A stretch of DNA of 48,677 nucleotides from the NCBI GenBank assembly GCA_003978695.1, contig QNYF01000062.1, positions 1 through 48,677 on the forward strand, written 5' to 3'. This document shows, one piece after another, positions 7,947 through 16,401 of the stretch. A model generated the notes under the pieces. It searched no databases, was not told where the DNA came from, and was given only the letters and a program-made list of their open reading frames with translations. Source of the stretch: Desulfobulbus sp. (GTDB taxonomy: Bacteria > Desulfobacterota > Desulfobulbia > Desulfobulbales > Desulfobulbaceae). Position numbers and translations under genes: made by a program. Every line of letters starts with the position of its first letter. Position 1 is the first letter of the stretch.

Positions 7947-9742
7947 TAGACTCTTTACACGCTGGCAGTTTCTTTTTTCATCCCGCGCTGCTCTTCTTTA
8001 TCGGGGCTTGCATACTGCCCTTTTTAAAAGGCTGGGCCCGCAATATCTTTTTAATTGTGCTGCCCCTCTCCTCCCTTGCGCTTGTCATGTTTCTCGGCTA
8101 TGGCATGCACTGGCAGGTGCAGGTGGCCGGTGTTGAAATTACATTTGGCAGAGTTGACAGACTCTCCCTTGTCTTTTCCCATATTTTCTGTCTTATGGCA
8201 GTCATTGGTTCTCTTTATGGCATGCATCTCAAGGAAAACTGGCAGCACATGGCTGCCTGGGGATATGTCGGCAGTGCTCTTGGCTGCACACTGGCCGGAG
8301 ATTACCTGAGCCTGTTCCTCTTCTGGGAAGGGCTTATGGTCACTTCCGTCTGCCTGGTATGGCTCCGGGGAACAGAAGAAGCACTTAAAGCCGGATTCAG
8401 GTACGTGCTGGTTCATACCTTTGGTGGCCTCTGCCTGCTCTGTGGAATCTTTATTCTCTACTATAAAACCGGTGATATAACGTTTGGCCCCATGGTCAGC
8501 GGTGTCCCTGTAGCGGCATGGCTGATCATGATCGGTTTTCTGTTAAATGCGGCTGTACCGCCTCTCCATGCCTGGCTGCCCGATGCCTATGGCAGCGCAA
8601 GTATTGTCGGATCTGTCTTCATGTGTGCCTACACAACAAAAACAGCCGTTTACACGCTGGCCAGGGTCTTTGCCGGTTACGACATCCTCATCCCGCTTGG
8701 CGTAGCCATGGCACTGTATGGTGTTGTCTATGCGGTTCTTGAAAATGACGCCAGACGACTGCTCTCCTACCACATCATAAGCCAGGTTGGTTACATGGTT
8801 GCCGGAGTCGGTATAGGCACGGAAATGGCAATTAATGGTGCCTGTGCTCATGCGTATGCCCATATTCTTTATAAATCACTCCTGTTCATGGGCGTTGGCA
8901 GTGTTATTCACGTTACCGGAAAATCAAAGTTTTCTGAACTGGGCGGGCTGTGGAAATACCTGCCCTGGACCTTTGTTTTTACCCTTATAGGCGGGCTGTC
9001 GATTTCGGCCTTTCCATTTTTCTCCGGCTTTGTCTCAAAATCAATGGTTATTGCCGGGGCCTGGAACGACCACCTGAAATGGGCGGCTCTCTTACTGACC
9101 ATGGCATCAGCCGGTACTTTTCTGCATACCGGACTTAAAGTCCCTTATTTCATCTGGTTTAACCGGGAAGAGCCACCTTTTGAACCTCCAAAAAAAGAAG
9201 CCCCCTGGAACATGCTGGCAGCTATGGCTATAGGCTCCTACTTCTGCATAATGCTTGGCTGCAATCCTCAATTTCTCTACAACATGCTGCCTTACCCCGT
9301 GCATTACCACCCCTATACGGCAACCCATATCATGGAGTCTTACCAAATTCTGTTCTTTACCATGTTTGGCTTTTTTCTCCTGCTTGGCAAACTCAAGCCA
9401 AAACCACTTGTCGGATTGGACGTTGACTGGTTTTACCGCAGAGGGGCTGTCCACTTCATGCGGTTTTGCCGAAATGTTCCGGCGGCAATTGACAACGGTG
9501 TTGTTACCAGGCTCCACGCAACGGTGGCTCTGCCCATGCTCAGATTATGTTCAAGAATTTCTTCATGGCACGATACCAGAGTTGTGGACGGATTTGTCGA
9601 CGGTATGGCGGCTAATGTACTGAAACTGAGCCGTAACATACGGTATATCGCCCAGCCGGGATCATTATCGAAATACCTCGCAGGTATGCTCACCTTTCTG
9701 GCAGCAACAGTACTGGCCGCAGTGGCCCTTGCCCTCTATTAA
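7943..9742 (+). CDS. nuoL: NuoL-like antiporter subunit with C-terminal lateral-helix/anchor extension
   Basis: A 599-aa protein. The antiporter core motif is LHAWLPDAYGSASIVGSVFM, followed by ...GYMVAGVGIGTEMAINGACAHAYAHILYKSLLFMG. The C-terminal ~115 aa (…VVDGFVDGMAANVLKLSRNIRYIAQPGSLSKYLAGMLTFLAATVLAAVALALY) resembles NuoL helix HL plus the last TM helix; this comparison is from memory. Confidence 0.75.
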   Translation: MIDSLHAGSFFFHPALLFFIGACILPFLKGWARNIFLIVLPLSSLALVMFLGYGMHWQVQVAGVEITFGRVDRLSLVFSHIFCLMAVIGSLYGMHLKENWQHMAAWGYVGSALGCTLAGDYLSLFLFWEGLMVTSVCLVWLRGTEEALKAGFRYVLVHTFGGLCLLCGIFILYYKTGDITFGPMVSGVPVAAWLIMIGFLLNAAVPPLHAWLPDAYGSASIVGSVFMCAYTTKTAVYTLARVFAGYDILIPLGVAMALYGVVYAVLENDARRLLSYHIISQVGYMVAGVGIGTEMAINGACAHAYAHILYKSLLFMGVGSVIHVTGKSKFSELGGLWKYLPWTFVFTLIGGLSISAFPFFSGFVSKSMVIAGAWNDHLKWAALLLTMASAGTFLHTGLKVPYFIWFNREEPPFEPPKKEAPWNMLAAMAIGSYFCIMLGCNPQFLYNMLPYPVHYHPYTATHIMESYQILFFTMFGFFLLLGKLKPKPLVGLDVDWFYRRGAVHFMRFCRNVPAAIDNGVVTRLHATVALPMLRLCSRISSWHDTRVVDGFVDGMAANVLKLSRNIRYIAQPGSLSKYLAGMLTFLAATVLAAVALALY

Positions 9743-9833
9743 CACTGGTTAACAAGGTCATGCTAATTGAGGTCTTCGCCCGGGAAGACGCGTTGAAATA
9801 CTTAATAAAACAATGAGATACATCTAAAAAAGA

Positions 9834-11369
9834 ATGGAACCCATACTGCACTTACATACTTTGGGCATTTCGGTGCTCAGCATGATTATCTTCCTGCCCA
9901 TTGGCGGGGCACTACTCCTGCCGCTTATCCCCGACGACAGGGCGGCCAAGATATACAGTCTTATTTTGACTATCGTTGTCATGGTGTTTTCCATCCCGCT
10001 CTACACCCGTTTTGATCCCATGATGACTGGGTTTCAATTTGTCGAGCAACATGCCTGGGTAAAAAGCATAGGGCTGACCTACCTGCTTGGTATTGACGGC
10101 ATCAGCATGCCGCTTATCCTGTTGACGACCCTGTTTGGCCCTCTTGTTGTCCTGTGCTCATGGTCCTATATTACCCACAGAATCCGGTCGTTTCTAGCCT
10201 GCCTGCTCCTGACGCAGGGTATAATGGTCGGCGTCTTTGCGGCACTTGATGTCATGCTCTTTTACTTCTTCTTTGAGTCATTGCTCATCCCCATGTTCTT
10301 AATGATTGCCGTATGGGGCGGGCCACGACGTATTTATGCCGCGGTAAAATTTGTTCTTTACACCCTTGCCGGTTCGATATTTCTTTTACTGGCCCTTATC
10401 GCACTCTACCTCAAGGCTCATACGTTCAGTTATCCGACCATCATGATGCTGCAGCTCTCTCCGCAGTTTCAATTCTGGCTTTTCCTGGGCTTCCTGATAG
10501 CCTTTGCGGTCAAAGTGCCGATGTTTCCGGTACACACCTGGCTGCCGGCAGCTCATGTTGAAGCGCCAACGGCCGGTTCTGTTATTCTTGCCTCCATTCT
10601 GCTGAAAATGGGGACATACGGCCTGCTCCGTTTTAACCTGGCGCTTGCTCCCCATGCCAGTGTCAATCTTGCCCCTGTTATGATCGTTTTTTCGATTATC
10701 GCAATTCTCTATGGTGGCCTGCTCTCTCTCGCCCAGACAGATATTAAAAAACTCATTGCCTACAGCTCTGTGGCCCACATGGGATTTGCGACCCTGGGTA
10801 TTTTCACTCTGACCTTTCAGGGAAATCAGGGGGCGATGCTGCAAAATATTAATCATGGCCTGACGACAGGTGGTTTATTCCTGCTTGCAGGTATGCTCTA
10901 CGAGAGATCTCATTCTCGCGATCTTGAAGTCAATGCCGGTCTTGCCCGTTTGATGCCCGCATTCGCCTTTTTCCTGGGGTTGTTCAGCCTTTCCTCTCTT
11001 GCTTTTCCGGGTACGGCAAGCTTTGTAGGAGAATTCTTGATTCTGGTCGGGGCTTTTAAGCTTGACTGGCGCATCGGAGCCTGGGCAATACCCGGCGCTC
11101 TTCTTGCGGCAGCATATATGTTCAGAATGTTCCTGAAACTCACCTGGGATGCCAAAGGCAATGCATCTTTTGCCCGCGATCTTAATTTCCGGGAATGGAT
11201 AACGCTTGCCCCGCTTGCGATACTGGTAATTAGCTTTGGTTTTTATACCAAACCACTGACCAACATAATAGATCCCGCTCTACAAGGACTCCTTGCAAGG
11301 CTTCCGATTGAAGGAGGGTCACAGATTGCAGTACATGTGCACACACTGGTACAGTCAATCTTTCATTAA
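9834..11369 (+). CDS. nuoM: NADH-quinone oxidoreductase subunit M
   Basis: The motif HTWLPAAHVEAPTAGSVILASILLKMGTYGLLRF is typical of NuoM. The protein is 511 aa. Confidence 0.9.
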   Translation: MEPILHLHTLGISVLSMIIFLPIGGALLLPLIPDDRAAKIYSLILTIVVMVFSIPLYTRFDPMMTGFQFVEQHAWVKSIGLTYLLGIDGISMPLILLTTLFGPLVVLCSWSYITHRIRSFLACLLLTQGIMVGVFAALDVMLFYFFFESLLIPMFLMIAVWGGPRRIYAAVKFVLYTLAGSIFLLLALIALYLKAHTFSYPTIMMLQLSPQFQFWLFLGFLIAFAVKVPMFPVHTWLPAAHVEAPTAGSVILASILLKMGTYGLLRFNLALAPHASVNLAPVMIVFSIIAILYGGLLSLAQTDIKKLIAYSSVAHMGFATLGIFTLTFQGNQGAMLQNINHGLTTGGLFLLAGMLYERSHSRDLEVNAGLARLMPAFAFFLGLFSLSSLAFPGTASFVGEFLILVGAFKLDWRIGAWAIPGALLAAAYMFRMFLKLTWDAKGNASFARDLNFREWITLAPLAILVISFGFYTKPLTNIIDPALQGLLARLPIEGGSQIAVHVHTLVQSIFH

Positions 11370-11392
11370 ATTTTAAAAATATTTACCAATGA

Positions 11393-11541
11393 ACCGCAAA
11401 TCCTTACAGGTCCCCCGACGCGATACACAGGAGTGCATGCCTGTTGTCTTCCGTTCGTTACCCCCCACATCTCTACGAACGGGTCCTTCCCAAGACCGTC
11501 GGCAGGCTGCCTCCTTCGGGGTACCTGTAAGGATTTGCGGT
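11393..11541. repeat. 149-bp multi-stem palindromic element (structured RNA or MITE-like insert) between nuoM and nuoN
   Basis: An 18-bp perfect inverted repeat, CCGCAAATCCTTACAGGT (11394-11411) and ACCTGTAAGGATTTGCGG (11523-11540), extends to about 22 bp with one bulge. Nested stems are CCGACG/CGTCGG (11415-20 / 11497-502), ACAGG/CCTGT, and CCGTTCGT/ACGAACGG (11451-58 / 11475-82). Confidence 0.6.
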
Positions 11542-11545
11542 AGTA

Positions 11546-11700
11546 TAGATTAGTGTCTGTCCAGAAATGAGGATTTTCGTTCAAGGTCAAGGAATGCGAA
11601 AAAAATAAGCACAGGCATATGACTGATATTCCGAGCATTATTTTTTGAGCATGACGCAGAGATTGGGCGAAAATACCATTTATGGACAGGCACTAGATTA
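11546..11700. mobile_element. MITE-like element with 17-bp imperfect terminal inverted repeats, flanked by direct repeat TAGATTA
   Basis: The left repeat is GTGTCTGTCCAGAAATG (11553-11569). The right repeat is CATTTATGGACAGGCAC (11677-11693), with 15/17 positions complementary. TAGATTA occurs at 11546-11552 and again at 11694-11700. The interior is AT-rich, partly palindromic and non-coding. Confidence 0.55.
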
Positions 11701-11750
11701 ATCAGATTTGCATGCCTTTTCATTGACACACTGGTCTACAGGAGTTTTGA

Positions 11751-13169
11751 GTGACTAATTTACAAGCAATTTTACCTGAGCTCGTTCTTGGATGTGCCGC
11801 GACCTTTTTCTTTGGCTGCAGCCTGTTCAACGTGAGCAAAAATATCCAACGATTTGCCGTTGGCTGGTCAGCGCTCGCACTGCTGGGTGCTGTTCTCGCC
11901 ATGCCTGCCAATGCTGATTTTTTTCACAACGCCTATAGTGTTGATGCTTTCAGCCGTTTTTTCGCACTCTTTATCACCGGCGGCCTGCTCGTTGTCATGG
12001 TGATCACCAGACGCATGGAGGATATCGACCAGCAATCATTGAGTGATTTATATTTCTTCATGATCATTTCAACACTTGGCCTTGTCATGGTGACGGCGGC
12101 AACTGAGCTGCTGACCCTGTTCATTGCCCTTGAAATCTCCTCATACCCTCTGTACATAATAACTGCCTACCGCAAAGGCCTCGGCTATCAATTTGAGGCA
12201 ACTGCCAAGTATCTTGTTTTTGGCGTCGTTTCAACAGCACTTATGGTCTACGGCATCAGCTACCTGTACGGCGGTCTGGGCTCGACCTTTTTACAGGATA
12301 TTGTTATAGCTCTGCCAGCACACCTCCATGATCCACTGACCCTGGTTGGTGTTATTCTCTTTATGGCCGGGATTCTCTATAAACTGGCAGCGTTTCCCTT
12401 TCATTTCTGGGCCCCTGATGTCTATTCCGGTGCGGCTGCCGAAGTTGTTGCCTTTGCGGCCAGTGTGCCCAAACTCGCTGCTGTTGCACTCCTTGTCAGG
12501 GTCGGAGCTGTTTTTATTGACTTTGAAGTGCTTGCTCCTGCTCTTGCCCTGCTTGCTGTTCTGTCCATGACAGTGGGCAACCTCATGGCCCTTGCCCAGA
12601 AGGAACTCAAACGCCTCCTTGCCTATTCGGCAGTATCTCATGCCGGATACATCCTACTCGGTATTTTAGCAGCATCCCATGGAGGCCTTAAGCCCGCATT
12701 GTTTTATACGGCAGTCTATGCCGTCATGTCCCTTGCCGCCTTTCTGGTTGCTGTTCAAATGGCAGAACAAGGAAAACATGACATTCCCCTGGAAGATCTC
12801 AAAGGCTTGTGGCAAAAGGCGCCATTGCTTGCCATTGTCTTTGCAATAGCCCTGGTATCACTTGCAGGATTACCGCCTACAGCCGGATTTACCGGCAAGC
12901 TGATGCTGCTCACGGCCGCCTGGAAAGCCGGCTGGTTCTGGACCGTTGTCTTTGGTGTGCTCAACTCATTACTTGGTCTCTTTGTCTATCTTAATATCCT
13001 CCGGATCAGCCTGGTGGGAGAGGGAACAGATACAATAAAAATGAGTACCCCACCACTGCTTGGAACGACAGCTTCAGCTCTTGGTGTTTGTCTGCTGGGC
13101 CTGGGTTTTTATCCAAACGGACTCCTGGCCATGGCCAGAAAAGCCTTGGAAGCATTGCTCTCTATGTAA
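11751..13169 (+). CDS. nuoN: NADH-quinone oxidoreductase subunit N
   Basis: GTG start with GGAG 7 nt upstream. The N-terminus MTNLQAILPELVLG and the motif FHFWAPDVYSGAAAEVVAFAASVPKLAA are typical of NuoN. Confidence 0.9.
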   Translation: MTNLQAILPELVLGCAATFFFGCSLFNVSKNIQRFAVGWSALALLGAVLAMPANADFFHNAYSVDAFSRFFALFITGGLLVVMVITRRMEDIDQQSLSDLYFFMIISTLGLVMVTAATELLTLFIALEISSYPLYIITAYRKGLGYQFEATAKYLVFGVVSTALMVYGISYLYGGLGSTFLQDIVIALPAHLHDPLTLVGVILFMAGILYKLAAFPFHFWAPDVYSGAAAEVVAFAASVPKLAAVALLVRVGAVFIDFEVLAPALALLAVLSMTVGNLMALAQKELKRLLAYSAVSHAGYILLGILAASHGGLKPALFYTAVYAVMSLAAFLVAVQMAEQGKHDIPLEDLKGLWQKAPLLAIVFAIALVSLAGLPPTAGFTGKLMLLTAAWKAGWFWTVVFGVLNSLLGLFVYLNILRISLVGEGTDTIKMSTPPLLGTTASALGVCLLGLGFYPNGLLAMARKALEALLSM

Positions 13170-13190
13170 TTTTTATACTCGAATTCATTA

Positions 13191-13233
13191 AAAAAGGGGC
13201 AAGTCGCAGAACATGCGACTTGCCCCTTTTTTT
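13191..13233. terminator. bidirectional rho-independent terminator between convergent nuoN and the LysR gene
   Basis: AAAAA, then the 13-bp perfect stem GGGGCAAGTCGCA (13196-13208), the loop GAACA, TGCGACTTGCCCC (13214-13226), then TTTTTTT. Confidence 0.85.
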
Positions 13234-13293
13234 ACATGCTCTTGTTTAACAACCAGCATGCTCTTTGTGTACAATCAGGAAATGAATTATCTG

Positions 13294-14190
13294 TTACTCT
13301 CCGAGTAGATCGACATCATGCCAGACAGTACTTACAGATTCTGTTATCGCCTGTATTCGAAGTGATTTTCGACTATTTCCCCGATAGACAAAGGAAAGAT
13401 CTATTGGAAATCCCCTTCCGCTCCAGAGCACCAATTTTCCCTCTTTTTCCGCAATTATTGCTTCCTCTTCGAGCATAAAATTCAACCCTGCACCCGCCTC
13501 AATCATGCTGATAATCGCCGACTGCTGATCCGCGACGACTTCTGTACGGGGCGTCAAACCATGTTTGTAAAAAAAAGTCTCCATAATACCGCTGTACGGG
13601 CAGTCCGGCGGATTCCCAATCCATGGCAACTCCACCAGATCTGACTGACAGGCTGCGGAGATTTCCTTTCTCATTCCCACCGGACCAACCACCCGAAGAT
13701 TAAGTTCTGTCAAAACCATTACCCTGATTTCATCTCCGGCATACTTCCCAAGCACAAAGCCGCAGTCCAGCTCGTTTTTTTCAATCATCTTGACAATGGT
13801 CCCGGAAACCGCATGATGAAGCCCTATCTCAAGGCCAGGATAAGATGAGCGCAGGTGTTGATACAGGGCCGGAATTCTCAAAAAATCTGAATCCCGGTTT
13901 AATCCAATCCTGATTTTACCCACAGGTGTTTCCTGAAGATCCTCGGCAAAAAGAGTCAACTCTTCAATTTGCTCGAGAATTTTCTCTGCTTTACCGCATA
14001 ATAAAACACCACCCGGGGTTAGCTCCATCCCCTTTGGCGTGCGAATAAAAAGGGGTTGGCCAAACTCTTCTTCCAGGGCTTTGATATGGGCACTGACAGC
14101 GGGCTGACTGATGTGAAGAAAGTCTGCCGCCCGGGTGAGATGATTCTCTCTGGCCACAGTGACAAATGATTGCAGTTGATAGAGTTCCAT
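13294..14190 (-). CDS. LysR-family transcriptional regulator
   Basis: N-terminal HTH MELYQLQSFVTVARENHLTRAADFLHISQPAVSAHIKALEEEFGQPLFIR, followed by a substrate-binding domain. It is divergent from the isochorismatase/PEBP operon. Confidence 0.9.
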   Translation of the reverse strand: MELYQLQSFVTVARENHLTRAADFLHISQPAVSAHIKALEEEFGQPLFIRTPKGMELTPGGVLLCGKAEKILEQIEELTLFAEDLQETPVGKIRIGLNRDSDFLRIPALYQHLRSSYPGLEIGLHHAVSGTIVKMIEKNELDCGFVLGKYAGDEIRVMVLTELNLRVVGPVGMRKEISAACQSDLVELPWIGNPPDCPYSGIMETFFYKHGLTPRTEVVADQQSAIISMIEAGAGLNFMLEEEAIIAEKEGKLVLWSGRGFPIDLSFVYRGNSRKSLRIQAITESVSTVWHDVDLLGE

Positions 14191-14204
14191 GGGCTCCTGT
14201 TGTT

Positions 14205-14224
14205 ATCATCAGAATTTATGATGA
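14205..14224. promoter_or_regulatory. candidate LysR-type operator (palindrome) in the divergent promoter region
   Basis: TCATCA-N7-TGATGA (14206-14211 / 14219-14224), a perfect 6-bp inverted repeat 15 nt upstream of the LysR start codon. Pattern only. Confidence 0.3.
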
Positions 14225-14361
14225 AGGCCCTCCATTCTTACTATGAGTTTTTCAATCCGTAAATTGGTATTCAATATTCAGGCACAGGTTATACCAATAT
14301 TTTATAGCCAACCCAAGAGGTACCAAGCATCGTTTATACTCAGCCCATCAAGGAGTCGACC

Positions 14362-14946
14362 ATGAAGACAACAGCATTACTTCTTATTGATCTGCAAAAT
14401 GACTATTTCCCCGGAGGAAGAATGGAACTGGCCGGAGCAGATAAGGCCCTGCAAAATGCGCGCAGCCTGCTCAGGTTTGCCAGAAAGGAGAAGATGACGG
14501 TGACATTCATGCGTCACCAGGCTGTTCAGCCCGGAGCAACTTTTTTCCTGCCGGGCACAAAGGGCGTTCAGATACATGACGCATTGGTACCTCTTGCACA
14601 TGAGCCTGTGATGGATAAGAATTTTCCGAACAGTTTCAGACAAACGGCACTTGAGAAATACTTGAAATCCAGAAATATTTCTCAGCTCCTCCTCTGTGGA
14701 ATGATGAGTCATATGTGCGTTGATGCGACAACACGAGCCGCCTTTGACAAAAATTTCACCTGCATTCTCGCCCATGATGCCTGTGCGACGACATCGCTGC
14801 AGTTTCTCGACAAAACCATTGGGGCAGAGCAGGTACACGGATCATTCATGGCAGCACTCGGTGCAAGATACGCCAAGGTTGCCACAACCACAGATTGTAT
14901 AGACTTTCTGACAAAACTCTCTGCCAGGCAGAAAAAAGAAAGGTGA
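14362..14946 (+). CDS. isochorismatase-family cysteine hydrolase
   Basis: LLIDLQNDYF (catalytic Asp region) and GMMSHMCVDATTRAA (catalytic Cys region). The protein is 194 aa. Confidence 0.85.
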   Translation: MKTTALLLIDLQNDYFPGGRMELAGADKALQNARSLLRFARKEKMTVTFMRHQAVQPGATFFLPGTKGVQIHDALVPLAHEPVMDKNFPNSFRQTALEKYLKSRNISQLLLCGMMSHMCVDATTRAAFDKNFTCILAHDACATTSLQFLDKTIGAEQVHGSFMAALGARYAKVATTTDCIDFLTKLSARQKKER

Positions 14947-14951
14947 CCGCA

Positions 14952-15458
14952 ATGAAAACTGGTATTGTTACCCGACTGGTCACTCTCTTTATCGGCACGC
15001 TCACTTTTAACACTTATGCAGCTGATTTTATTGTGCAGACAGGGGAAAACAATGTGAACAATCGCTCGCCTCAACTGTATTGGCAGGGTGAGCCCGCTGA
15101 AACCCGAAGTTTTGCGGTGACAATTTATGATACAGACGTGCCGGCCGCCAGAGGAAAAAACCACTGGACACTTTTTAATATTGACTCGGATACCCATTTT
15201 CTGGAAAAAGGAGGAGGTACTCACGACAAGAAACGGCTGCCGGAAGACAGTATCCAGAGCCGAAATGATTTTGGCAGCTCAGAATATACCGGAATATGCC
15301 AGCCGGCAGATGCCACACACCATGTTGTTATTGCTGTCTGGGCTCTAAATGTTCCTGCACTGCCACTGGATTCACATGTTTCACCAGCCATAGCACGACT
15401 TTTTATCCGCCAGCACATGATCGGTCGGGCCAGGTTATTAATTATATGCGGCAAGTAA
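14952..15458 (+). CDS. YbhB/YbcL (PEBP) family protein, divergent paralog, with signal peptide
   Basis: ATG at 14952, 5 nt after the isochorismatase stop. The signal-like N-terminus is MKTGIVTRLVTLFIGTLTFNTYA. It is alignable to the next gene, but the PEBP motifs are altered (DTDVP instead of DPDAP; ATHHV instead of SAHRY). Confidence 0.75.
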   Translation: MKTGIVTRLVTLFIGTLTFNTYAADFIVQTGENNVNNRSPQLYWQGEPAETRSFAVTIYDTDVPAARGKNHWTLFNIDSDTHFLEKGGGTHDKKRLPEDSIQSRNDFGSSEYTGICQPADATHHVVIAVWALNVPALPLDSHVSPAIARLFIRQHMIGRARLLIICGK

Positions 15459-15500
15459 CCACGATATACACATACACCAACAAACAAGCAGGAGGGAAAT

Positions 15501-16058
15501 ATGTACAAATGCATTTTGACAACATTAACAATGACCATCTTTTTTATGGCTCAACTCTGCCAGGCTGACAGTTTTACCCTGACCAGCCCCCAGCTCTCTG
15601 AAGGAAGTATGCTCAGTCTGGAGCAGGTCTTTAACGGTTTTGGCTGTGCCGGTAAAAATATCTCACCGGAACTCAACTGGTCTGGTGAGCCGGGCAACAC
15701 CAAGAGCTTTGCCCTGACCATGTATGACCCGGATGCGCCTACAGGCAGCGGCTGGTGGCATTGGGTCGTGTTTAATATTCCCACGTCTGTTCACTCTCTT
15801 GCTCTTGACAGCGGCAACATTTCAAAAAAACTCCTGCCGGAAGGGGCTGTTCAGAGCCGCACGGATTTTGGTACTGCAGGATACGGAGGATCATGCCCAC
15901 CGGAAAAAGACAGCGCCCATCGTTACGTTTTCACGCTCTGGGCCCTGGATATAGAAACTCTGCCACTTAATGCTGATGCAACAGCTGCAATGGTGGGATT
16001 CTACCTGCATCAACATCAACTGGGCCATACTGTCCTGACGGCACAGTACGACAGGTAA
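15501..16058 (+). CDS. YbhB/YbcL (PEBP) family periplasmic protein
   Basis: Signal peptide, then canonical motifs: MYDPDAPTGSGWWHWVVFNIP, the GGSCPP region, and SAHRYVFTLWALD. Confidence 0.9.
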   Translation: MYKCILTTLTMTIFFMAQLCQADSFTLTSPQLSEGSMLSLEQVFNGFGCAGKNISPELNWSGEPGNTKSFALTMYDPDAPTGSGWWHWVVFNIPTSVHSLALDSGNISKKLLPEGAVQSRTDFGTAGYGGSCPPEKDSAHRYVFTLWALDIETLPLNADATAAMVGFYLHQHQLGHTVLTAQYDR

Positions 16059-16072
16059 TTCGTTGTTCAACA

Positions 16073-16153
16073 GTAACTCTTCAGGAGTGTCTTAGATTCG
16101 TTCCTTTAAGGACTGTTAAGCGTAGACTCCGTGAAATGATCCTGAACAGTTAT
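16073..16153. repeat. mosaic palindromic intergenic repeat, short copy
   Basis: GTAACTCTTCAGGAG ... AAGCGTAGACTCCGTGAAAT ... GATCCTGAACAGTTAT. It shares its termini and the core GCGTAGACTCCGTGA with the other copies. Confidence 0.7.
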
Positions 16154-16401
16154 GGTCATACAAAGGCTTATGGCGCCTGGAGCCATGGTTGAAGACCGTT
16201 TGCAAAAAACGAGCCTCCACACAAACCTGAAGCTGCTGATCTCCTGGCGGACATCAGCAGCTCAGATTGGAAAATTGACGAGATGGAAATCGAGATTGGG
16301 GAAGAATGCCTTAAAATTCTGGGAGCCTGTAAATAATTTTATGTAAACGGCCTCTGTCGGTTACAACCATAACCACAGGAAAAAAGGGTGATTCCCTCTT
16401 C

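Noticed and set aside
11366-11638. 90-aa ORF on the minus strand in the nuoM-nuoN gap
   Set aside because: It lies entirely within the two palindromic elements, is antisense to the operon, and has no RBS. It is best explained by stop-free repeat sequence.
16231-16262. 10-bp perfect hairpin AGCTGCTGAT-12-ATCAGCAGCT downstream of ppk2
   Set aside because: It could be a ppk2 terminator, but the nearest U-run on the minus strand is ~20 nt away, so it was not called as a feature.
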